Source: an uncultured Gammaproteobacteria bacterium (lineage in GTDB: Bacteria; Patescibacteriota; Microgenomatia; Levybacterales; GWA1-39-11). Taken from it: DNA of 64,000 bases. The notes under the pieces are model-generated. The model was given only the letters and a program-made list of their open reading frames with translations, was not told the origin of the DNA and did not search any database. Below, piece after piece: positions 56,096 to 64,000 of the stretch (the first letter of the stretch is position 1; every line of letters begins with the position of its first letter). A program made the translations under genes and the position numbers. The stretch spans positions 332,110 to 396,109 of the forward strand of contig CAYVKP010000001.1 of NCBI GenBank assembly GCA_964452165.1, in the 5' to 3' direction.

Positions 56096-56239
56096 TTAAG
56101 CTGCTCCAATTTTGAACATTGCTGTTCCACAAACCGGGCATTTTCCCTTCATTGCTGGTTTTCCATTCTTCATGGTTACCTTCGTTGCGTTTGCATCTTC
56201 TCTCTTTGCGCGACATTTTACACAATACATACTTGACAT
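56096..56239 (-). CDS. 47-aa zinc-ribbon protein (DUF5679-like), missing from ORF track
   Basis: Translates to MSSMYCVKCRAKREDANATKVTMKNGKPAMKGKCPVCGTAMFKIGAA, with SD GAAGGGAGGTGAG. Confidence 0.88.
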   Translation of the reverse strand: MSSMYCVKCRAKREDANATKVTMKNGKPAMKGKCPVCGTAMFKIGAA

Positions 56240-56264
56240 AATTTTTGCTCACCTCCCTTCAACA

Positions 56265-56561
56265 TTAAAATAAAATTCCTGAAAAATTAATAATTTTTGC
56301 TTTTAGAATGAAGTAGAAGACTATATTAATTGCTACAAGAAGCGCTGTGATTGCCAAGGTTTTTCGCATATCCGCGGCAACGTAAGAGTAATTGTTATGC
56401 TTTTTAAGCGGGACATTTTCAGTAGCAGAAAAACTTTGTGGAATCTCAATTCTAATTTCTTGCTTGTCCTCAGAAGGATTCCTAAATGTTATAGCTGATG
56501 AAAAATCTTGACGTGTCGCTGCTAACACTTTTTGTTTCTTTGTTTTTCTTTTTTTACTCAT
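56265..56561 (-). CDS. hypothetical protein, basic N-terminus and C-terminal TM helix
   Basis: Starts MSKKRKTKKQK; YVAADMRKT precedes a TM helix; TTGACA and TG-T-GATACT lie upstream. Confidence 0.7.
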   Translation of the reverse strand: MSKKRKTKKQKVLAATRQDFSSAITFRNPSEDKQEIRIEIPQSFSATENVPLKKHNNYSYVAADMRKTLAITALLVAINIVFYFILKAKIINFSGILF

Positions 56562-56731
56562 ACTTTGAGCCTAAGTGCGTGATGATTAGAAAAAGTATCA
56601 CATTCCACACGCACGTGTCAAGGGGTAATCGAGGCTAAGACGTTTACTAAAAAACAGTTTACGTTGATTTCACAGGCAATTTGATAGTCTTGACAGTATA
56701 AGTTTGCAACGAGTAAAATGGGTATTGCCGT

Positions 56732-57205
56732 ATGAATTTTACCCCCGATTTTATTATTTTCATCCTTCTCTTTATTTGGTCCGGAATATTGACTTTTCTG
56801 TTCTTCAGGTTTTATTTGTATTATGTTAGATTGGCAAAAGATGGTAAATCCGGATCCTTGGTTAAGATGATGGATAGCTTTGCTGCAACAACCGAAGAAA
56901 ACAAAAGGGTACTTGATAATCTCATGGGAAAATATGATAAACTTGAAAAAGACGGAGCAGCACATATTCAAAAAATTGGACTTGTGCGTTTCAATCCATT
57001 CAAGGATACAGGCGGAGATCAAAGCTTTATTCTTGCTTTGGTAGACGCAGATAATACGGGAGTTGTGATATCGAGTTTGCATACTAGGACCGGCACGCGT
57101 TGGTACGCAAAGGGTGTTGCTCACGGAAAAGGCGTCGAACATGAGTTATCAACGGAAGAACTTGAAGCTTTGAAAGGCGCGAAATTTTTATCCAAGTCGG
57201 AATAA
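56732..57205 (+). CDS. DUF4446-family protein
   Basis: QKIGLVRFNPF..GGDQSF..GVVISSLH..RWYAK..LSTEE. Confidence 0.85.
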   Translation: MNFTPDFIIFILLFIWSGILTFLFFRFYLYYVRLAKDGKSGSLVKMMDSFAATTEENKRVLDNLMGKYDKLEKDGAAHIQKIGLVRFNPFKDTGGDQSFILALVDADNTGVVISSLHTRTGTRWYAKGVAHGKGVEHELSTEELEALKGAKFLSKSE

Positions 57206-58377
57206 TGAATAGTAAACAAAAAAATTTAGTAATAGGTTTGGTAGTCTATTTGGTTGCCGCAGTTGCTTCCTACTTTGTCTTCTCTCATGTTGGTGGTGTG
57301 GGATCCATGTCGGTTACAACACCAGTTGCTCTTCCTTCAACAGGGTCAGATCAAAAAGTAGCGTTTGACAATAATCTTCCCAGGACCCAAGCCTGTCCTT
57401 TAAACGGAGCAAAATATTCTAAACAGCAAGAAGCTTGGTGGAAACAACACAGACCGCTTGGAGTAATGATAGAGAATTCACTTGATGCCCGTCCTCAGTC
57501 GGGAATATCCTCTGCTGACGTTGTTTATGAAGCGGTTGCAGAAGGAGGCATAACTCGATTCTTGGCAGTATTCTATTGTCAGGATGCGGGAATTGTAGGT
57601 CCCGTGAGGTCTGCGCGTACTTATTTCCTAGACTTTATCTCGGAGTACGCAGATTATCCTCTGTATGCTCACGTCGGTGGAGCAAACACCTCGGGCCCCG
57701 CTGATGCATTGGGTCAAATAGAGCAATATGGTTGGCAGACATATAATGACTTGAATCAATTCTCGATAGGCTTTCCGACATATTGGAGAGATTACGAAAG
57801 ACTAGGCCATACTGTAGCTACAGAGCACACTATGTATTCAACGACCAGCAAGCTTTGGGACATTGGTAAGCAAAGGAAGTTGACTAATGTTGATAAAGAC
57901 GGAAATTCGTGGGATCAGGATTTTACTCCTTACAAATTCAAAGATGAAACACCAGCCTCCAAGCGACCGGCCGCTCAGGAGATTAGTTTTGATTTCTGGC
58001 AAGGGTACGGGGATTATTCGGTAAAGTGGAATTATGATCCAAAAACCAATACCTACCTTCGTACAAATGGTGGTAAACCCCACATGGATAAAGATACGGA
58101 CAAACAAGTCGCCGCAAAAAACGTTGTTACGCTTTTCATGACAGAAGCACGAGCAAATGACGGCTATGAAGGAAATCTCCACATGCTGTATGGAACAAAA
58201 GGAACAGGCAAAGCGGTAGTGTATCAAGATGGAGTTGCAACCAAGGCAACTTGGAGCAAGAAAAATAGAACATCAAGACTAATTCTGCACGATTCTTCCG
58301 GTCAGGAGATAAAATTTGACCCTGGCTTAATATGGTTTGAGGTTCTCTCCACAACAGCTCCTGTTATTGTCAAATAA
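57205..58377 (+). CDS. DUF3048 (YerB-like) secreted protein
   Basis: Motifs VMIEN, ARPQSG, EGGITRF and GPVRSAR. Confidence 0.88.
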   Translation: MNSKQKNLVIGLVVYLVAAVASYFVFSHVGGVGSMSVTTPVALPSTGSDQKVAFDNNLPRTQACPLNGAKYSKQQEAWWKQHRPLGVMIENSLDARPQSGISSADVVYEAVAEGGITRFLAVFYCQDAGIVGPVRSARTYFLDFISEYADYPLYAHVGGANTSGPADALGQIEQYGWQTYNDLNQFSIGFPTYWRDYERLGHTVATEHTMYSTTSKLWDIGKQRKLTNVDKDGNSWDQDFTPYKFKDETPASKRPAAQEISFDFWQGYGDYSVKWNYDPKTNTYLRTNGGKPHMDKDTDKQVAAKNVVTLFMTEARANDGYEGNLHMLYGTKGTGKAVVYQDGVATKATWSKKNRTSRLILHDSSGQEIKFDPGLIWFEVLSTTAPVIVK

Positions 58378-58404
58378 AGTTGTACGAGTTATAATGATCG
58401 TGTA

Positions 58405-58980
58405 ATGTTCTCAGACCTTATTACTAGTAAAACTCGTGTAAAAATCCTCACGCTTTTCTTAGAAAATTCCTCCGAAATGTATCATGTTCGCGAGATTGTT
58501 CGTAGGGTTGAGGAGGAAATAAATGCTGTAAGGCGAGAGCTCATACATCTTGAGAAAAAGGGACTATTAACTCGCGAACCTCGCGTAAATAGAGTTTACT
58601 ATTATCTTGATAAGTCTTATCCGTTTTACAACGATCTTTTGATGATTCACTCAAAAATGAAAGGAATCGGAGCAGATATCATAAAGAATAGAATAAAGCT
58701 TGGAAAGATAAAGTTTGCAATGTTGTCCGGAAAATTTGCTCGAGGAATTCGCGAAAATCCCGAGGAGGTAGATTTGCTTTTGGTAGGGACCGTGGTAGTG
58801 CCGGAGTTATCGCTTATTGTTAGGGCAGAAGAAGCAAGAAGGAAAACTGAGATTAATTACACGGTTATGAGTGAAGAGGAATTTTCCTTCCGTAAGAAAA
58901 GACGCGACCCGTTTATAACAGGAATAATTTACGGATCTCGGGTAATGCTTATTGGAGACGAGGAAGCGCTCCTGGCTTAA
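58405..58980 (+). CDS. winged-HTH plus degenerate nucleotidyltransferase-like protein
   Basis: HVREIVRR..NAVRREL (HTH); LSGKF..VDLLLVG. Confidence 0.75.
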   Translation: MFSDLITSKTRVKILTLFLENSSEMYHVREIVRRVEEEINAVRRELIHLEKKGLLTREPRVNRVYYYLDKSYPFYNDLLMIHSKMKGIGADIIKNRIKLGKIKFAMLSGKFARGIRENPEEVDLLLVGTVVVPELSLIVRAEEARRKTEINYTVMSEEEFSFRKKRRDPFITGIIYGSRVMLIGDEEALLA

Positions 58981-58981
58981 G

Positions 58982-60343
58982 ATGAAGACCCCCAAGTTTT
59001 TTCTATTCACTCTGTTTGTTTGTGCCTTTTTGCTTTTTCTTGTTGATTTGCCGACACCTGTAAAACTAGGGTTTAAGATGCCTTTAATTGGAAGGCCTGT
59101 TTCTCTCAGTTTTGATTCTTCTCACCTTAATTTACATTTAGGACCTTTAAAAGTAACTCATGATATACCTTATAAATTGGGCCTTGATCTACAGGGAGGA
59201 AGCAGGCTTACGTACGAAGTAGATATGAAAAATATCAAGACCACTGACCGCGATTCAGCGTTTCAATCTGCTGTGGGAGTCGTTGACAGGAGAATAAATC
59301 CTTATGGAGTAAGAGAATCATCAGTTCAATCTTTGAAAATCGGTTCCGACTATAGAATAATCGTTGAATTGCCCGGGGCCTCAGATGTTTCCCAAGACCT
59401 GGATCTGCTCGCAAGCCCCACCAGACTTTCATTTTGGGAGAATGGTAAGGAAAAACTTGCTACCGCCGATGCAATCCTTCTACCTGTGGGTCTTACATCG
59501 ATTTATCAAAATAAACCCAATGAGACCCCGTTGACCGGGCGAGATCTTAAGAACGCACAGGTAGTGTACGGCTCTCAAAACGGGACTCCTCAGGTGCAGC
59601 TTAATTTCACACCAACGGGGACAAAATATTTTGCCGATATAACCAACAGAAACGTTGGAAAGCAGGTGGCAATAGTTATAGATAATCTAGTAATTTCGGC
59701 TCCGGTTGTACAGCAGGCAATTCTTTCTGGAAATGCGGTCATCACGGGGAATTTTACATTGGATCAGGCAAATGCTCTTGTTCGCCAGCTCAATTCTGGT
59801 GCTCTTCCCGCACCGCTTAAGCTTATAGGTCAATCTACGATCGGCCCATCGCTTGGAATAGAATCCTTGAAAAAGAGCCTGGGGGGGGGAATTATAGGAT
59901 TTCTGTCCATTATAATATTCATGACGCTTCTTTATAAAAAAGAAGGAATTCTTGCAGGCGCAGCGCTACTAATTTATGTTATAGTAACGCTTTTTATTTT
60001 CAAAATAATTCCCATAACGCTGACTCTGGCTGGTATTGCTGGACTCATTTTGTCTATCGGTATGGCTGTTGATGCAAACATTTTGATATTTGAGAGAATG
60101 AAAGAAGAGCTTAGGCTCGGTAAACCCAGATCAATCGCAGTCAAACTAGGATTTTCCCGCGCATGGCCTTCAATAAGAGATTCAAACATCTCAAGTCTTA
60201 TTACAACCGTGATTCTTCTTGAGTTTGGATCGAGTATTGTAAAAGGTTTCGCAGTAGCTTTGATGATTGGAATAATCGTATCAATGTTCTCAGCAATTTT
60301 GGTCACCAGAAATTTGGTAAGATTTTTTGAAGGAGAAAAATAA
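58982..60343 (+). CDS. secD: protein translocase subunit SecD
   Basis: Motifs LGLDLQGG, IIVELPG, LNSGALP, IGPSLG and GMAVDANILIFER. Confidence 0.95.
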   Translation: MKTPKFFLFTLFVCAFLLFLVDLPTPVKLGFKMPLIGRPVSLSFDSSHLNLHLGPLKVTHDIPYKLGLDLQGGSRLTYEVDMKNIKTTDRDSAFQSAVGVVDRRINPYGVRESSVQSLKIGSDYRIIVELPGASDVSQDLDLLASPTRLSFWENGKEKLATADAILLPVGLTSIYQNKPNETPLTGRDLKNAQVVYGSQNGTPQVQLNFTPTGTKYFADITNRNVGKQVAIVIDNLVISAPVVQQAILSGNAVITGNFTLDQANALVRQLNSGALPAPLKLIGQSTIGPSLGIESLKKSLGGGIIGFLSIIIFMTLLYKKEGILAGAALLIYVIVTLFIFKIIPITLTLAGIAGLILSIGMAVDANILIFERMKEELRLGKPRSIAVKLGFSRAWPSIRDSNISSLITTVILLEFGSSIVKGFAVALMIGIIVSMFSAILVTRNLVRFFEGEK

Positions 60344-60345
60344 AT

Positions 60346-61242
60346 ATGAATATAGTTAAAAATAAAAATCTATACTTTTTAATATCTGCAATAGTTATTG
60401 TACCGGGCTTAATTTCGCTTGCCCTATTCGGCTTAAAACTTTCCATAGATTTCACCGGGGGTTCAAGGCTTGAACTAGGTTACAAAAATCAGGTTGATCG
60501 AGCGGCAATCGAAAGGATAATAAACAAAGACAAGGTAAAAACGGAATCGGTCAATATTGTCGACTCGAAGACGATTTCAGTTAGAACTGAAGCAATAGAT
60601 CAGCGTACTAAAACAAAAGTAATGACCGATCTAAAAAAGTCCTACCCCAACATAACAGAAAAAAGCTTCAACACGATAGGTGCAACAATTGGAAAAGAAA
60701 CGGAAATTAACGCATTCAAAGCAGTAATTATAGCCTCTCTTGCGATTACTGCTTATATTGCTTTCGCATTTAGAAAAGTCTCAAAGCCGGTGGCGTCGTG
60801 GAAGTTTGGAGTATGTGCAATAATTGCCCTGCTTCATGATATTTTGGTGGTTGTTGGAATTTTTTCAATTCTAGGCCACTTCGCAGGCGTTGAGATTGAC
60901 TCGCTTTTTATTACGGCCCTACTTACGGTTATGGGTTTTTCAGTTCATGACACAATTGTGGTTTTTGATAGAGTTCGCGAAAACCTACAGAAAAATTTCA
61001 GTTTTCCATTTGATGAAGTTGTAAATAACTCATTACTTGAGACCTTTAATAGATCACTAAATACATCCTTAACGGTAATGATAGTTTTATTCACACTCCT
61101 TTTATTTGGTGGAGAATCTATTCGTTGGTTTGTTGCAGCGCTTTTGGTAGGAATAATCTCAGGAACATATTCCTCCATTTTCAATGCCTCCCAATTGTTG
61201 GTTGTTTGGAACGAACTTGGAAGAAAAAGAGTTAGAAAATAA
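60346..61242 (+). CDS. secF: protein translocase subunit SecF
   Basis: Motifs IDFTGG, LLHD, GFSVHDTIVVFDRVRE and GTYSS. Confidence 0.95.
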   Translation: MNIVKNKNLYFLISAIVIVPGLISLALFGLKLSIDFTGGSRLELGYKNQVDRAAIERIINKDKVKTESVNIVDSKTISVRTEAIDQRTKTKVMTDLKKSYPNITEKSFNTIGATIGKETEINAFKAVIIASLAITAYIAFAFRKVSKPVASWKFGVCAIIALLHDILVVVGIFSILGHFAGVEIDSLFITALLTVMGFSVHDTIVVFDRVRENLQKNFSFPFDEVVNNSLLETFNRSLNTSLTVMIVLFTLLLFGGESIRWFVAALLVGIISGTYSSIFNASQLLVVWNELGRKRVRK

Positions 61243-61695
61243 CTATTTCGAGAGTTGTTCGCGTACTAAGTTTGAAACTAAAGTTGCGTCGGCTTTTCCC
61301 TTAACTTTTGGCATTAGTGCTCCCATAACTTTTCCCATTTCCTGCATGGATTTGGCTCCCGTTTGTTTAACGGCTTCTTTTACTAGTTCCCCAACCTCGT
61401 CTTCTGACATTTGTTCGGGTAAATAAGACTGCAGTGTGTCTACTTCTTTTTGCTCATTTTCTGCCTGTTCGTTTCTTCCGCCTTGCTTGTAGAGTTCGAT
61501 TGATTCTTTTCTCTTTTTAATTTCTTTTCCGACGACGTCTATTACGTCTTCATCACTGGCTTCATAACCGGCTCCCCCTTTTGCGATCTCATAATATTGA
61601 ATTGCAGACTTAAGCATTCTGATTGCAGAAAGCTTTTCGGCATCTTTTGCTATCATCGCTGCTTTTAAATCGTCTTGAATTTTATCTTTTAACAT
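61243..61695 (-). CDS. yqeY: GatB/YqeY domain protein
   Basis: Motifs DLKAAM, KKRKESIELY..GR, YLPEQ and MGKVMG. Confidence 0.9.
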   Translation of the reverse strand: MLKDKIQDDLKAAMIAKDAEKLSAIRMLKSAIQYYEIAKGGAGYEASDEDVIDVVGKEIKKRKESIELYKQGGRNEQAENEQKEVDTLQSYLPEQMSEDEVGELVKEAVKQTGAKSMQEMGKVMGALMPKVKGKADATLVSNLVREQLSK

Positions 61696-61700
61696 ATAAA

Positions 61701-62489
61701 TTATCCTATTAGCCTTCCAAGGCCAAGTTTTCGACTTTGGTTAAACATTGTAACAAAAAAATAAATTGCGGTAGCCAGATATATTATATTTAAGCCAAAA
61801 CTATAAAGAAGTTTATCATAAGACAGGTGTCCGGTAAACAAAATTTCTCGCATTCCTTCAAAAACGTATGTAGCTGGAATAAATTTTGATACTGTCTGTG
61901 CCCAGTGAGGTAAAGTAGAAATTGGATAGTAAAGTGCAATAAATGGTTGAAGAATAAAAGGTACTGTCCATGCCACTGTCTGAATCGTTCTCCCAAATCT
62001 AATAATGAATCCTGCAATAAAAAACCCAAGTACCCAGCCCGTGATTAAGAGACTCACTATGAAAGGAATTAGGTAGAATCCATAAGTGAATATGTTGAAT
62101 GCATAGAGTAGGTAAGCAAGTAGCGCAGCGAATGAAAGAGTTATAAGCATTTTTAAAATACTAAGCAAGATGTTTGCCAAAATCCATTCACTTATTCGTA
62201 CTGGCGTTGCAAAGATATTGACCAAGTTATTATTCCAGAATTCCTCCAGTATGTTAATTGATATTTCGTGTCCCGCGCGCCAGATTACAAGCCAAAAAAC
62301 CACACCAGAGAGGATTACAAGAACAATATTTGGAATTCCGGTGCTCGCATTTTTAATATAAACACTTGTTAGTCCCCATAGAACTAAATTTACCGCGGGC
62401 CAATAAAAAGAATCACCTATTCTATCAAGGCTATGTTTCCAGTAATAAAAATAACCTATTATTAATGCTTTTACTATTCTTAGGTTCAT
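61701..62489 (-). CDS. ABC-2 type transporter permease
   Basis: About six TM segments; YYPISTLP..PATYVFEGMR. Confidence 0.88.
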   Translation of the reverse strand: MNLRIVKALIIGYFYYWKHSLDRIGDSFYWPAVNLVLWGLTSVYIKNASTGIPNIVLVILSGVVFWLVIWRAGHEISINILEEFWNNNLVNIFATPVRISEWILANILLSILKMLITLSFAALLAYLLYAFNIFTYGFYLIPFIVSLLITGWVLGFFIAGFIIRFGRTIQTVAWTVPFILQPFIALYYPISTLPHWAQTVSKFIPATYVFEGMREILFTGHLSYDKLLYSFGLNIIYLATAIYFFVTMFNQSRKLGLGRLIG

Positions 62490-63397
62490 TTGTTTATCAT
62501 GTTAATAAAAAAATCTTCAAGTGTTGGCTTTTCAATGGATATTTCCTCGTATTCAATATTTTCAGAAGCAATAGAGGAAAGTAGGGATGCAATATTCTTT
62601 TCAGCAACCGTAATTGTAAAATAATTATTGTCGTGTTTAAATACCAGTTTGTTTTTCTCAAAAAATTTCATAGCTTTTTGTCCACTTTTAGAAATTAGAA
62701 GTTGTACGTGTGCATCTTTAATTTTTCTGGCAATTTGAGATGGGGTTCCCTCCTCTATAATTTTTCCTTCGTTAATGAATATTACCCTATTACACATCTC
62801 TTCAACCTCAGCCATGTTGTGAGAAGTGAGAAGCATACTTACGTTAAATTCTGCCCTCTCTTTTTTGAGAAACTCCCTAACTTTTTTTGCGATGTCTGGG
62901 TCAAGAGCTGCTGTTGGTTCATCAAGTAAAATGACTTTTGGATAATTAACAAAAGCTTTGACTAAAAGGACGCGACTTTTCTGGCCTGCGGAAAGCTTAT
63001 AAAATTGTTTTTTCAAAAGATCTTCGATTTCAAAAATTGCCATAAGCTTCTGAATCCTTTTTTTTCTGTCCGGCACTTCATATATCCTTGCAAACGTATC
63101 AAGTATCTCCCCAATAGTTAGTAGGTAGGGGAGACTTATGTATCCCGAAGAAAAATTTATGTATTTGAGAATTTGCTCTCGATGTTTTTTGAATGGCTTG
63201 TCAAAATAAAATATCTCGCCTTGACTTGGATCCATTACTCCTAAAAGCATTTGGATCGTGGTTGTTTTGCCGGCCCCATTTGGTCCGAGAAGACCAAGTA
63301 TCTCTCCATCTTCAAGCTGAAAGTTCAACCCGTCAACGGCAGTAAAATCCCCAAATTTTTTTGTGAGGTTTTTTGCCTCAAGAATAATATTTCTCAC
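62486..63397 (-). CDS. ABC transporter ATP-binding protein
   Basis: Motifs GPNGAGKTT, LSAGQ, LDEPT and SH. Confidence 0.92.
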   Translation of the reverse strand: MRNIILEAKNLTKKFGDFTAVDGLNFQLEDGEILGLLGPNGAGKTTTIQMLLGVMDPSQGEIFYFDKPFKKHREQILKYINFSSGYISLPYLLTIGEILDTFARIYEVPDRKKRIQKLMAIFEIEDLLKKQFYKLSAGQKSRVLLVKAFVNYPKVILLDEPTAALDPDIAKKVREFLKKERAEFNVSMLLTSHNMAEVEEMCNRVIFINEGKIIEEGTPSQIARKIKDAHVQLLISKSGQKAMKFFEKNKLVFKHDNNYFTITVAEKNIASLLSSIASENIEYEEISIEKPTLEDFFINMINK

Positions 63398-63999
63398 TAT
63401 TTATTTAATTCTTTTAATCGCGAGAGTAAATAATCACGGGTGTTTTTTGAAAGATCTTCGTCAACTTCTTCAAAAAGTTTTTTTAATATTTCTCCAACTT
63501 TTGGTCCCGGTTTTATTTTCAATTCTTTCATTATGTCATTTCCATCAATCGCCATGTCATTAATAGAAAATGGAGGATTGAGTTCGCTTACAATTCTTTC
63601 CTTAAAATTCTTGAGTCTCCATGACTCGGCCTCCTTTGTTCCGCTTCCAAGTCTATCGCCAATTCTCAAATCTATCATATCATTTACGTTTTCAAGTCCA
63701 ACTTTTCTAATGAATCTGCGGACCGCACTATCAGTTGCATTTTCATCAACCGTAAACATATGCCAACGAATCAAAGTCACGATTTTCTCTCTTTGTTTTT
63801 TGGATAGTCTTAGTCGCTCTGCAATTTCATACGCAAGTTGTGCTCCTCTTACCTCATGATTATAAAAAATTACAAAACCGTCCTTGTCTTTGCTTGCTAC
63901 GTCCGGTTTTCCAACGTCGTGGATAAGTGTTGCCAGCTTGACTACTGGGTCTGTCGAGGGAGTATATTTTAATGAAAGTAAATTGTGAGTAAAAACATC
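63397..63999 (-). CDS. cca: CCA-adding enzyme / HD-domain tRNA nucleotidyltransferase, C-terminal part (5'-truncated)
   Basis: The frame is open to the window end: DVFTH..LIHDVGKP..FYNHE..IDGNDIM..PGPKVGEIL. Confidence 0.85.
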   Translation of the reverse strand, partial: DVFTHNLLSLKYTPSTDPVVKLATLIHDVGKPDVASKDKDGFVIFYNHEVRGAQLAYEIAERLRLSKKQREKIVTLIRWHMFTVDENATDSAVRRFIRKVGLENVNDMIDLRIGDRLGSGTKEAESWRLKNFKERIVSELNPPFSINDMAIDGNDIMKELKIKPGPKVGEILKKLFEEVDEDLSKNTRDYLLSRLKELNK

Positions 64000-64000
64000 T

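Noticed and set aside
2002-63859. Numerous 60-180 aa ORFs in the track antisense to or overlapping clear genes (e.g. 2616-2972, 3142-3687, 17232-17672, 40605-40979, 56618-57142, 63440-63859)
   Set aside because: These are shadow frames of well-supported genes, with no recognisable motifs or start signals.
1-64000. Alternative genetic code (TGA=Gly as in Gracilibacteria/Absconditabacteria)
   Set aside because: Conserved genes are full length under code 11, and TGA ends genes at ATGA overlaps (e.g. 4888-4891, 7368-7371).
1-64000. tRNA, rRNA, IS, integrase or prophage
   Set aside because: I recognised no cloverleaf/T-loop signatures in the short intergenic gaps and no transposase, integrase or phage structural motifs.

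Overview
A gene-dense, AT-rich bacterial chromosome segment read with genetic code 11. The gene content and protein families point to a Patescibacteria/CPR genome, probably Microgenomates; this assignment is an inference. Housekeeping genes include greA, class I lysS, serS, secA, nadE, carA/carB, prfB, ftsEX, tsaE/C/B, secDF, yqeY and a partial cca. The window also holds a nucleotide-sugar/glycosylation cluster (rmlA/B/D, ugd, rmd, gmd, uxs, GT2-GtrA, GT-C), a stress/two-component neighbourhood and many CPR-type hypothetical genes. I saw no rRNA, tRNA, CRISPR array, transposase or prophage. Six observations stand out. (1) A tandem CTTAC box sits exactly 48 and 37 bp upstream of the -10 element in four separate promoters, one of them the OmpR-family regulator's own, which suggests an autoregulated general-stress regulon. 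(2) An acsA / ACT protein / GNAT / HDAC-family block resembles the Bacillus acsA-acuABC acetylation switch but is built from different parts. (3) An unannotated 11-codon MAKKKKAKKRK micro-ORF with a very strong SD lies in a structured RNA with three GNRA tetraloops before secA. (4) A pyruvate kinase has lost both its lid and its C-domain. (5) The carA leader looks attenuator-like. (6) Many genes appear leaderless (-10 box, 6 nt, start codon). All calls come from reading motifs by eye; no searches were run.
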